Assembly (NCBI GenBank): GCA_012295275.1
Contig: CM022665.1
Span: 7,068,001 to 7,132,000, forward strand
Length of the DNA: 64,000 nucleotides
Direction: 5' to 3'
Source: Chrysomallon squamiferum
Lineage: Eukaryota; Animalia; Mollusca
Numbering within the stretch: position 1 is the first letter of the stretch; every line of letters begins with the position of its first letter. This document shows, one piece after another, positions 13,948 through 26,849 of the stretch. The notes below the pieces were generated by a model, which saw only the letters and a program-made list of their open reading frames with translations, was not told the DNA's origin and did not search any database. A program made the position numbers and the translations under genes.

Positions 13948-14904
13948 TATAGAACTGATAGTATTAAAATCACTAACAAATATAAAAATTAGACTAGAAC
14001 ATTTTGGACAACAACTAATAATATTATATTACGTTATTTTCGTGCGTATTACGGACTAGTTTCTCAGAAAATATATTCTAAATGCCTGAAAGGCTCAGAG
14101 AGGCTGGCTGGATATAGTTCTTTGATAATAACATTTGAAAGTTACCTGAAATTCTCCTCTAACTGCTAGTGCTTCAAAATGGCTGGATGTACTAAAATTT
14201 GGTTAAAAATACCTATTAAACATTTTTCTTTTTCTCATTAACTATATATCCTTGAAATATTGATGTATTGTTTTTGAGGTTAATGTTAGCATACTAAATA
14301 ATTTGTATTAGATCTCGTAGTCTTTTATTCTTAGAATCTGTCACATTTCTCAGTTTAATTCGACAGAGGACAGAAATTTGTATATAACCTGACATATTTA
14401 TTCTACTCAGAATGGAGCAGAACAATTGTAATTATTTCTTTGCTAAATTCATTTGCTGAAGCAATTTTCAAACTTTGTTGATTTATTTGCTATCTGAAAA
14501 CAAAGTGTTTATTACTGTTAATAATTTTTAAAATGTATTTATTTACTGTTATAATATGCATAAATAAAGAATATTATTATCAACGTTTTAACTTTTAGTA
14601 TTTTCAAATATTATTTAGATTTATAAAAATATTTTACTTTTGTGTTTGTGTGTATGTGACGGCGACAAAGATACACTGGCGATTTTTTCCTCTGTTAATA
14701 GCACGTAAAATATGAATATCTTGCCCCAGAAAATGCAAGACAAAAATGTTTTCCTATATAAATATAAATTGAAAGAAAGAATACATATTTTTGAGCGTAA
14801 CTTTTAAAACGCGTTTGAATGCACATTTCTGAAATTAATAATAATAAATGAAACATTATTGCCATTAGAATATTATTTTTATATATATTATGCGCACATA
14901 AAGA

Positions 14905-14936
14905 AGAGAGAGAGAGAGAGAACTTCGTCAATACGT

Positions 14937-15001
<65 letters not shown>

Positions 15002-15019
15002 TTCGTCAATACGTGTTGA
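14905..15019. repeat. Tandem duplication of (GA)n-AACTTCGTCAATACGTGTTGA
   Basis: Two identical unique segments of about 20 bp, each preceded by a GA tract of different length. Confidence 0.9.
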
Positions 15020-16896
15020 AATATAAGTAAATCGATTTATTATAATTTTGACAACTAATGTTTTATTAACTCATTAATTACAGTCTTGGCAGTAGCGCTG
15101 ACGTAGTTTCTGATACTAAAAAAGTAAGTAATTATTGGTTTTATTATCTGCATAGTTTGAAAGAATTTATAATTAAGAACATTCTATGCTAATTAGCAAC
15201 ACTTTTCACTATATCAAAATACGAAAATACAAAAATAAAATAAGTAAACATTAAAATTAATTAGGTAAATATTGAAATATAGCAAACAAACCAACAAACT
15301 AACTAAATAATACAACAACAAAATAATAATAATAATAAATAAAAGTATTCTGTTTCAGTGTCTTGTTCAGATTTGTTTATTAACCACTGACGATTTGACA
15401 GAAAACTTATCTGGTCTAAACTGCATTATGAAGAGTACCATGTTACTAAATACAGTTATTTTGTCTAAATGTTCTCTTTAAGACAATCATAGATTAAGAA
15501 CGTAATATAAGAACACCTTATTTTTAATATTTACTGAATCGGTTTTGTTGTTGGCGAAGGCGGTGCTCATCATTTATTATTCACTATAAGTTATAACAGT
15601 ATTTTATGACCGTGTGTGAAGATGGGTGCGAGAGGATTTAGGACAATTATTTATGTTATGTTTTATTTATTTATTATCAACAATTGGGTGTTTATATAAC
15701 CTATTTGCTGTAGAACTGGTTACTTTGGAGGTGCTGACTTTTCTTCTTCTTCTTCCTTTATTTTTTGTTGTTAAAACACCATCACAGAAATCCGAGTCGG
15801 TCGGCCACTACCGGTGTGCATTGAATTCCAAACAACGTCCATGGGAGAGACCTTGTCTGTCATTGGCTGAAATTAGAATCGGTGGTAAAATGATCGCCTG
15901 CATTTTGTGTTTGAATGATAACTACTATATTATGTTAATGCTGTTCGTAACGGTTTTTTAAGTGGACTCTGGTTTGCGTGTTTGCATGAGAATTTGCAGT
16001 GTTGGTGTCATTTGGGATAAGTGTTCACCTTGGGTATAAACAGGAACATAAAAATATTTCAGAAATCTGCCACGGACACGCTCACAATAGCTTGCTCTGA
16101 TTAGCACGTTATTTTTTTTTTCAAGGTTCAAGGTATTTCAGTAAATTGTAATAATAATTATACCAAAAATAAAGTGAATAACTGAAAAAATTATCAAATG
16201 TATAAATAAAATGTATATATATATATATATCGAGGGGTTAGAGCCAGAAGCTCTTAAATACATACAATGATACATGCATTTACGACCTTTTGAATGTAAT
16301 CCCTTGATATATACTAATATAGTTGATGTATTATAATTTATATATTCATGTTTTAATGGATGGGATGTTTAATGAGTTTGTACTATTTTAAAGTTATGGG
16401 TATTTTCTTCCTTTTTTTTAATATATATTTTTTTATTACGATGATAATATAACAGAAAACCCAGAACACCATATTAAAGACAGGCACAACATAAAATTAC
16501 ATAGCTTAAATAGAAATCTTTATTCAGAGAAATTTTATAGTACATTTTAAATATAAGAGTAGAATAAATAACTGAGTACAACAACATTACTGTACATACA
16601 AGTGAAAATATAACATCAATTTTAAAATGATGTACCATGCAAAAAATGGAATACCATGCAAAAAATAACCAGCATAAATTCTTTTTATTTTTCTATCTTA
16701 TCTGTCTGTAATGTCCAAATATGATCTTTTTATCTTGTCTAGATAAGTAAATGTACTGGTAATATTTTGCAGAGAATATACATGAAGACACCAAACAGGT
16801 TTGACACACAGTGCCCATTAGATGATTTGTATTTAATGACAATTGAACAAGTCCATAAAAAGTTAAAAGATGAGAACAAACGTTCATTAACATTAA

Positions 16897-19800
16897 TTAA
16901 TCTTCATCTGCATCTTCTTCTCTGATGACAGGCACACCTAAATAACAAGACAGTAACGAATAATTATATATATCATTTCTACTGTTAACAGACAAAACTT
17001 TTAAATCTGAAATTTGAAAAAAATACCTCATGTTTCCATCATTTTAAATATTCAAGAAAAATTTACGATTTGTTTTCTAAATTGTAATTGTAATAATAAA
17101 AGTGCCAGTAAAAATGATAAAATTGGCACCTGTGCAAAGAATTATAACCACCATTTACAGTTTTATAGTCACAGGTTTATGCTGGGACATAATAATACAT
17201 CATGAAATTTGTATGTTAATACTATATCAGTATATGTAAATTGGAATATGGTTGAATAAAAAACCCCAGAAAATACTATCCATAATCAAAGATAAAACAG
17301 GAATAAATAAGTTACTGGCTTAGATGAATAACTTTTAAATGTGCTACTGAAATTTATAACAAAATTGAAAACATACCATCTAATTTCTTCAGCCTGGGTA
17401 ATTTTTTTGCAGCAAGTTCCCTCCAGTCACCTTCTTGTGAATGTTTATCCTCAAGAGGATTGCCTATGACAATATACCATTACTATTATTATGATATTAT
17501 CTTTATCAATTATAAAACATTTTTTCATTCAAAAATAAAAAGATGTATCTACATATACAAGAATTAATATTTTAATGCATTAATTAGTATCCATAATTAA
17601 AATATAAATATTAAATAAATATAAATGAATAAACAACAAAGCTGATTCAGTATCTTACCAACAAACAACAAATCTTCTAAACAAGGAAGGTCATTCTGAA
17701 AATATACATAATAAAAATGCTTATTTTTAAAATACTTACAATGAAAAAACCATGAACATTTAATCATTTATCAAATTAAATATTGCTATTAAGATATATA
17801 TCTATGTCAATTATATAAAAGAAGTTATCAGTTTCTAATGTTACAAATCTTTAATTTGCTGACAGTTTATCAAATTATATTCAAGATAAATTGTAAGTTT
17901 ATTTATTTTGCATATATATGTGTTGTGTGTAAGTAAAGTTTATGATTACAAACACTTGTAGGTTTATGAACGGTCAAAACAAAATGTTATTTTTTAAATT
18001 ATTATGAATGTATTATATATTTTTTTTAAAACAAATACCAAAAGAAACCTGAAACATTTTGCTTACCAGCTTCTGGAATTCTGCCCAGTCCTTCACTGAA
18101 TTATTGGACATGTATAAGGTCTGAAAGTACGATAAATTAATATTCAAATAATTTTTAACCAAACAATAACAATAGAAAATAACATTCAGTCATTTTACAT
18201 GATGACATCACTTGTATTATATATATATATATATATATCATGGCCATAACAAGACTCTTTGAAAGGAGGCAAAAACACTTAACCACTGAAAGATGCAAAA
18301 TCCTTGATTCTAGCCATTTATATTATGTATTTTTTAAAGATTGTAATAATTTTTTTTAAATCATCAATATCAGTATGAGGCATTTGTGTATATATTAGTT
18401 TAAAATAAGTGGAATAAAATTAGTTTTTCAGGAATCTGTGAAAACCAAACAAGAAACAGCAGATCATATGGGTCACTGCTAAATTTCATACCTAATGAAT
18501 AATTTTGCAGTAGAAAAAACAAGCTGGAAATTGTCTACCTCAAAAGACAAAGAATTGATACTGCATTATCTTTATATAAGAGTGTTTCCTGAAAATATTT
18601 AATTTTTAATTTTTAACATGTAATGTAACATACCTTTAATTTCTTCAAAACATTTATTCCTTTAAGTTTTTCTATTAAATTGTAGGATATCCACAATTCT
18701 TCCAGTGTATCACCAACAGCTTCCTGAAAATGGTATAATAATAATAGTAAATAATTAAAAAATAATTATATGAAATATATTTTGTTCAAGACTTACAGGA
18801 TCAAATCCAGGTAAGAAAAACCCAAAACATTTTCTTTTAAGACTGTTTATTAAATTATAAAGTGAAACTTTGTTATAATTATCTGGATCAGATAATGTAA
18901 AATATTGAATATTATATATGAATCATTAATTAAAAATAAATGTATATCTTCTTAGGTTCTTATTCTTTTTTAAATTTTCATCATATTTGTGAGATTATTT
19001 CTATTTAAATTATTGAAAATGGGTTAACAGTATAAAATGCTGAAATTCTATGGCATTACTTACCAATCCTGTTAAACTTTTGATTGCATTTCTGCCTAGA
19101 GACAGTATTTTTAAATGCTCTAAAAAGAAGGAAAAATTGTGTTTTTTACCTACAGTCATTTGAAGTTCATTTTATTTTAGAATCTAACATTGAGCATAAC
19201 AAACAATTATCCAAAAACAAAGTGGCAGCCAGAGGAAATAAATAATTATGCAAGTTAACAGTAAACCCCACATGCAAACAATAAATAATAAACACAAAAG
19301 CAGATATAAATAAAGGCAACACTAATTAAAAATTACAAAAAAAAATGAATGGAGGAAATGATGGATTGCAGATTAAATTAACAATTATAGTATTTACGGA
19401 TTTAACTGTCATCAACATCTTTTACAGCAACTGTGATCTCACTAAATACTTACTCAAACCATTCAGGTTAGCAATTTTTTCAATGCAATTGGTTGACAAA
19501 CTAAGCTTCCTGAAATTAAAATAAATGAAAAAGTAAAAGGTTTAGCAAAGAATTAATAAAATATAAATTAGTACATAATCAACAGCTTTGTTTTTGTTAT
19601 TATTTGTTATGTTTTCTTATCAGCAAAGACAATAAATTTCTAAATATACTATTTGTTTTAGGCCATTTGTTTATCTCATCAGTTTCATAAATGTTAAAGC
19701 TGTGACATCTACATTTCTATTAATTTATAAATACCCTTTCCAGAAAAATAAAAATAAAACAAATGTGTCACATATTAAGATGAAAAAAAAATATATAAAT

Positions 19801-20882
19801 CATAAATTACACATACGTGCATGCTGACAAAGTTGACAATGAAGCATCCATCTTTTCTATTGGAGGAATCTGCCCATGAAGCTTGACCTCTGTTGCTTCA
19901 CTACTCTTTATGCCAGTTTTCTCTTCCTGTTAGTGATTAGGATTAAATAAACTTGTTTTAAATATATATAACTTAGATACATAAACTAAAAAAATAATAA
20001 AAAATAAAAAAAAATAAAAATAAAACTGAACTGATTTAATTTTCAGACTGGATATCAAAGGTCTATTTCATTCCTAGCATTTGAGAGAAAGTTTTACTAT
20101 TACAGTAGAAAAAGTACTGATTTTAAAAATTTTTAATTGGCTATAAAAATTATATTAATTATTTTGTTAAATTAAAATAAAGGTTATGATGCATTACTGA
20201 ATAATATGAATAGCTTTAAATGAGGTGAATAAATTTGAACTATTAATTTTAGAAAAAAAACATATCAAAACAATATTAAAAGAAAATAATATTAAAAAAC
20301 CTATGCTAAATACATACAAATCTTGCTAAGGCTTCCTTGATTGTTGTTCCCTTTGACTATAAATAATAATAATAATATATATTAAAAAAAAAAAAAATTG
20401 TGAGAGAAAGATAGAGAGACAGCAAGACTGACAGACAGAGAGAGAATTATCAGTAATAATTAATCATAAAAAGCAGCCAATCTAAAATATGACTACATCT
20501 TACTTTTAATAAATAATGCAAACACACACACGAGACATAAATTACTATAAATGTACTTATTAAAACATACATACACACACACACCGAATTTTTATTTAAA
20601 TTATTAATTACTTAAATGCATCGTGCTGTTGAAACTAGTGTACTTAGAAGTTGTTTCATGTTAATGTGTGGGTAAACAACTGAATAATAAGAAACGAAAC
20701 CAATCGATGAAGATATGAATGATTGATAAATATTATATTTAAAACTTTATCTGTGCATTTTATAAAACGTTATTCACAATAAAATGTTAGAACAAATATT
20801 CGAAATAAGCTGACAAAATATCACAGAAATACATGTAGAGAAATAACAAAAATTTAACTCGGAAGAATTGAAAACAAACCAT
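16897..20882 (-). CDS. DNAL1: Dynein axonemal light chain 1 (outer-arm LC1), 190 aa
   Basis: Exons: 20880-20882 (ATG only), 20318-20356, 19817-19926, 19454-19509, 19064-19119, 18634-18723, 18067-18120, 17659-17695, 17377-17463, 16897-16937 (573 nt). Translation [90 protein letters not shown] is clearly LC1. Absent from the ORF track because the exons are short. Confidence 0.95.
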
Positions 20883-21103
20883 CTTGGAAAGTGAATATGC
20901 TTGTCTATGAGTTGCCTAGTTACCGAAATGCTGACGACTTCCGTTTTTCTTTTAGTCGGAAACAAACTGAAAATGTTTATACAGACTTATCCAATACATA
21001 ATCAAGAATGTTTAAATAACAATATATTTTAAATTGTAGTTATTATTAATTTTGCTACAAAATGTAAAAGAAGCAACAGATTCGCAGTAAAACATTAACA
21101 AAA
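20883..21103. promoter_or_regulatory. Bidirectional promoter region of DNAL1/MRPS10 with an RFX X-box
   Basis: The two divergent ATGs are 221 bp apart. Motifs: GTTGCCTAGTTAC at 20911-20923 (X-box-like), ACTTCCG at 20937-20943 (ETS-like), and AAAATGGC over the MRPS10 start (YY1-like). Locally CpG-rich. Confidence 0.7.
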
Positions 21104-24100
21104 ATGGCTACCGGAAGCCTTGCACAAATTAATATTCTTCGGCACGTTCTTGTCAGTAAGGTGATTATAAATCTATGTTGACTCGATATAAAGTATATAA
21201 TTAATATCATTTGATCACTGATCCAATGAAAGCATTTGCTTTTGCTAAAAGAACTGTGACTGCATTTTCTGATCACAAGAGTACAAGGCCAAAAAGAGTC
21301 AAAAGGACAGATTATCGGATACGTACTCAAGTTACTGTCAGTGTCATAATATATGTTAATAAAATTAATGGAAAATACCATTGTTGAGCTATATTGCACT
21401 CCAGTATTGTTGAAATAACCAGTAAAGTTATTCAAAAGAAAAGTACCCTAGAGTTAGTTTAAAGAATATTATAATGCAGAGACAATATGAAAGACGTAAT
21501 GTAACACTAACAGGAAAAGAATGAAATATATATTTATTTTATTTTAATCTTGTTCAAGTTATTACTTATCATTCTATTATTTTTAATATTTATATAAAGA
21601 AACGTTTTTAAAGTGAAAGCACTTCATAACACTACAATTGAATTATTAGATTGGATAGACATCAAATCATACTTTGAAAGTTGGGCTTGGTATTTATTTA
21701 TTTTAATTGCTAAGTTTAAAACAATAATAATAGTAATAACTTTAGTAAAATTCAAATGACAACAAAAACAAAATACAATTAGAATGTGAAAATTTTAATA
21801 TTAACAGAATTAAACATTTTATCATGCTTTCAAATTATAAAATTATTGGTTTATGAAATTATGATCATTTGTTATGGTTGCGGGAGGGGGGGAGGCAGCT
21901 TATTATTTTATTTTGACTGTAATTCAAAATATTTATTATTTATTTTATAGGTTATCCCAAGTCAGTGTGCAGCCTGCTTACAGAGGTTGTCTAAAGTATA
22001 TACAGACAAAAGGTAGTATTTCCAAAAAATAAAATAAATATTTTATGAAGGAATGATTAAATAATATATAGTCATGTTTAAAGGCAAAACAAACTGTAAT
22101 AAAATATAATTTTGAAGGACAGACATGGATTTAGACTGAAGACAAAAGTGACACATGCTTCATCATTTCAAAAATGTAATAATATTTATACCTGTCTTCA
22201 CTGATTTTCTTATTATTTATATTTTTTTAATTCTGACTAAAACGATATTAATGTTATTCTAATTACAGATCCATTTTGAATATATGAATGTTTTGTCTTT
22301 ATAGTTTATATGAGATGTACTTACTTAATTTTTATTTTTATGGCATAATGCCATGAAATTTAAGTCATCAAATACCTGATATATGCAACCAATAAATTAT
22401 AACTTCTAGAATTTTGTAATAATTTTCCACAACTTGTCATTTTATTTTTTATTTTAAATAAGAGTATTAATAATAAATTTAGACTTGTTTTTGTTTACAG
22501 TACATACTTGTCACCACATATTTCCAGTATAAGGAGTTGTGCTACAAGTGCAGAGGTTTGAACCTACACATTTCTTTTTTTTTGTTACTTATCTTTTTAT
22601 TTTTTATTATGATTATATATATTTTTTCTGTCTGTTAGAAAAACCATTCTGATAAAATATTAGTTAAACATAATTTTACAACACCACATTAAATAAATGA
22701 CTATGTCTTCTCATGCAGAATAACTGGTTAATTTATTACTGTGAAAAAATGTTTTATAATCCACAATGACAGCAGTATGATGACCTATAATAAGAAAAAT
22801 GCATTTATACTGACAATATTATATTATTTTTTTTAATTAAAAATTAAATTGTGTTATATATCATGGCCTCAGGCACTTATATAACTTTTGAAAGTTGTAT
22901 AGAAATATACCAAATGGATACACTACCACCAAATATACTTTTAATTGATAATATAGTCATCTTACTCAGTAATTTTTTTTTTTTCACTGCTGGTAAATAA
23001 ATACAAAACATCATACAACAGTTTATGCTATAAAGTATAAATTTATAGACTAATTTTTAAACTTGTTTTTATGTTTCATTTTTAGCATAGTCAGGTAGTA
23101 AAGCAAGATGAACCTGATGACCTGTATCGACAAATAACAATTGAAGTGAAAACTCATGATCCTGCTGTTCTGAGCAGTTTTGAGAAGTTCTCCAAGATGG
23201 CTGCTGATGAGTTGGATATTAAAGTTGAAAGGATGTTAGTAGAATACCTCTTTTCTATTCCATTTAGTAATTATTTATATGACTGATATAAGTTGGAATT
23301 AATAATGTAGGTATTTAATTTTTTTATTGTAAATAACAATATATTTAGAACAAAAGGAGAAGGTACATTAATTAAATAATTTTTACAGATACATTTTTTT
23401 CAAAAACAGTATCTGTACTGATTTTGTTACTGTAAATTGTGAATATTTGGAATAATAATCATATTTATTTTAAATTTGTATCTGATCAAATGAAATTATT
23501 TGTTTTAGATTCAGACCACCAAAAGTTATTTGGAGAGATACTCTTTTGAAATCTGTTCACATATTCAAAAAACACAGAGTACAGTATGAAACAAGAACTC
23601 ATTTCAGTGTTATAGAAGTAAGATTTGTGTGTTATAATAATATGAGTGGAACAATTTAATATTTTTGTTTTAATAAAATTATAACAAAAAAAGAAAAATG
23701 TTTCAATACTTTGAATATTCTGATTCAAAAGCATTTGGCATTTTGCTTTTCCTTAAAAGAAAAAAAAAATAACAAAAATGTTTTGTGTTTATAGTAACTA
23801 ACAGAAACAAAACAGAAATAATAATAAATTAGAAACACATTGTTATATTTAAGTACTTAAAAAGACTGCAATAGGTTATATTTTAGCCATGTTTTTTAAA
23901 TTGGGATTTTTGAAAACAGAAAGTATTTAACTTAAAGTAATGGTAAATAATCTTATCATATTCCATTCACTGGATATGTCCTCAGTCTAATATTATGTTA
24001 TGAATTTACTCTTCTGTATTTTAGCTCAAACATCTCACAGGATCAACAGCTGATACATATTTAGAATATGTTCAGAGAAACTTACCTGAAGGAATGGCAA

Positions 24101-24592
24101 TGAAAGTTACAAAGGTACATTTTGTGATTAATATCATTTTGCCAATACAGATAAGTTGCCATGAAGTGGAAAAACAGAAATAAATCTATGAAGTCTGATT
24201 TTATAATTTATCTAGTACTTTCAGTAGTAGTTTTATACGATTGCTTAAATGTTATTTTGGTTAAAGTAGTGAGTTAATTCTCTGTTAATATGAGTGGTAT
24301 TAAACAAGTTACACTAAATCATACAAAGATTTCAAATGGACTTTTATTACAATGTGATTATGATAGCACTTTTTGTAAAACATAAACGCAAGTACATTTG
24401 TGTTGGCTATTGTTATGGTTATGTGAGAAATTAATACTGGTTGCTGTTTTAACAGACATATTTTTATTTGTCATTTACATGCTAAACATTATTAATGATT
24501 TTATTTTACAGCACAGATTAGCACCACTACCTGACAGCTTGAAGCAGTTTAAGCCTAATTCCCCTGAAGATAACCAAGAAAATAAATCATAA
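21104..24592 (+). CDS. MRPS10: Mitochondrial small ribosomal subunit protein uS10m, about 200 aa
   Basis: Exons: 21104-21160 (alternative in-frame donor at 21151), 21951-22012, 22501-22555, 23086-23234, 23509-23617, 24025-24114, 24512-24592 (603 nt). Motifs: [69 protein letters not shown]. The N-terminus is basic/hydroxylated and nearly free of acidic residues, like a mitochondrial presequence. The first three exons are less certain. Confidence 0.92.
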
Positions 24593-25498
24593 TCAATACA
24601 AGATTTTGAACTGAAAACTGATGTGGGTTTTTTTTTTGTAACAATCACCAATAGATTTTTCCTTTCTTTTTGGACTGGAAAAAAAGATTAACAAATTTGT
24701 ATAATAAACTTCAGTTTATATCTATTTATTTGTTGTTTTCATTTGTGGAATAGTTTAATATAACTAAATTATTTACATACTAAACAGTAGGTTCGACATC
24801 ATTACAGAAATAGTGTAGCCTATTTCCAAGACATTAATGTTGTACATAGCATTTATAGATTATGTCCATTATGCCTTCAGTTACTAGCCAAAAGTCTTTA
24901 AAACAGTGTTATATGAATGAATGAGTGTCAGCCATGGTGTTTGCCTAAAGATATTGCATTAAGTATTGCTAATTGGCTACATTGTAGTCTACTGTTATCA
25001 ATTAACAGCCATATTTTTTATAAGCATCTTCAAGATTGGATTTTTAAATAATCTATAAATGTTTTGAATAATCTACTGTAAATATTAAGATACTGTAAGG
25101 CAGTCGTATATGTGCTTATTTGCAAGGTAATACTGTTGAATGTCATTTTTTTCTTTCATCATTGTTTGTTTAAGGGAAGTGAATTTGGAGACAGTCATCT
25201 ATGTTAGCTGAAATCCTTTCATTTTAATGGCCTATCAACGAACAAAAATAAATTATAGTGAACAGTGAAAAAATAATGTATGGTTCTTATGATTATTTTA
25301 GATGAAAATTATTTTTAAGAAATAGACTTAACACGACAGCAGAATAAAAAATTGAAAACAAATAGTAAATGTATATTATATTATATTTTAATACAGAATT
25401 TTAAAATTATAACGAATAACTGAAAACGAACATGTTAATTTGTTTTCATTTTTTTTTTTTTTTTTTACACGGTTATATAGGCCTATACTCATTTCAAT

Positions 25499-25957
25499 TC
25501 ATTTGGGTTCAGTTTCATTAGTGGGCAGCTTTGCCCTATAAACTTTAATATGCACAGCTGAATTGTTTCTGTGCAAGACATCGGGTTCATCGTCATCACA
25601 TTCTGGCTCCAGATCATCTACTAAATTCACAGTTGACGTGTAAGGCGAAACCTCAACAGTTCCTCGTCCATTCTCCTTTAATTGTAGCGCCACGTTGATA
25701 GCTCTGTTTATGACTGCGCCTAGTCCATGTATATATACAACATTACCACTGTCTAATATTTTCTGACAGCGTTTTAACTGTGCTTGAAAATGTGTTCGTC
25801 TACTAATGTAAACATCATTTTCTCTCTTTGGCAATTTTGGAGGCAAGCGCTTTCGTAATGTATATTCGTCTTTAACGCTTCTGTGACTGTCAGGCAAATT
25901 TCTTCCTTGATCCTTGTTCTTTTTATATGTCTTAACACATGCTTCTTCTTTCTCCAT
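25499..25957 (-). CDS. POP7: Ribonuclease P/MRP subunit p20 (Alba-like), 152 aa, single coding exon
   Basis: ORF from the ATG at 25957: LRKRLPPKLPKRENDVYISRRTHFQAQLKRCQKILD..IHGLGAVINRAINVALQL..TSTVNLVDDLEP..RNNSAVHIKV, the Rpp20 signature. The track's start at 25969 is a GTG overlapping a probable splice acceptor. Confidence 0.95.
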   Translation of the reverse strand: MEKEEACVKTYKKNKDQGRNLPDSHRSVKDEYTLRKRLPPKLPKRENDVYISRRTHFQAQLKRCQKILDSGNVVYIHGLGAVINRAINVALQLKENGRGTVEVSPYTSTVNLVDDLEPECDDDEPDVLHRNNSAVHIKVYRAKLPTNETEPK

Positions 25958-26500
25958 GCTGGTATTCACTAAATATAATTTTTAAGTTCACAAATATAAA
26001 AATAAAACAATGTATTACTTTCCGACATCAACTGTAGAATACTTCACCACGATCCTGCTTTCAATTATTCTTGTTTAGAATAATCTCCCTTAGTACAATT
26101 TATTGAGGTGTCTGTATGTGTTGTTTCCACCTCTACTATATAGCTACTGTAAAATTTAAAACAGAGTTCCTATACACGTGCGCATTAGTTTAAAAAATAT
26201 ATAATTAATACATGATAAATAACTAATATCACGGATGTACATGTACATTGAAATTATCAAATTTGTCAGGTTTATTAAAACGCATTAGCGTTATATACAA
26301 ACAGCATTAATCTAATATTTTTGGTGGTGTTTTCATTAAAATTTTGTATGTTTATACAATCAGTAACATAGAATGATGATTATGGTAACTAACTGTAACC
26401 CAAATAGCAGAAGCCACAAACTGCGAACGCCCCCTATTGGTATATTTATATTGGCGATAGAATGAACGCTTGTGGACTGTGATGACTGCAGACTATCGCT
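25958..26500. promoter_or_regulatory. Bidirectional promoter region of POP7/ARV1 with a CTCF-like motif
   Basis: Divergent ATGs are 543 bp apart. 26427-26440 reads CCAATAGGGGGCGT on the minus strand (CTCF-core-like, also containing CCAAT). There is a CACGTG E-box at 26175-26180. CpG is retained locally. Confidence 0.55.
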
Positions 26501-26764
26501 ATGAAAAATTTCCATTGTATTCATTGTGGATCTCCTGCTAAAGAATTATACAGAGATTTTAAAAGTGGAATAATAAAAATATCACACTGCGTAAGGGTTT
26601 TAGATAGTAGACTTATAAATTATAACAGACGTGCAAATGATTTACCGATTAATAATCATAATTAAAATTGATAACACGAATATTAATTTCATATTGAAAT
26701 AAAATATAAAATGTGTGGGGAGTTAATTGGAACTGAATCTAATTTTCATATAGTGTGTGTGTGT

Positions 26765-26849
<85 letters not shown>

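Noticed and set aside
15383-15415. Minimal hammerhead-like ACCA-CTGACGA..GAAA..TC-TGGT
   Set aside because: Stems II and III do not pair credibly, so it is likely chance.
22773-22815. Box C (ATGATGA) and box D (CTGA) in an MRPS10 intron
   Set aside because: The span is only about 37 nt, too short for a C/D snoRNA.
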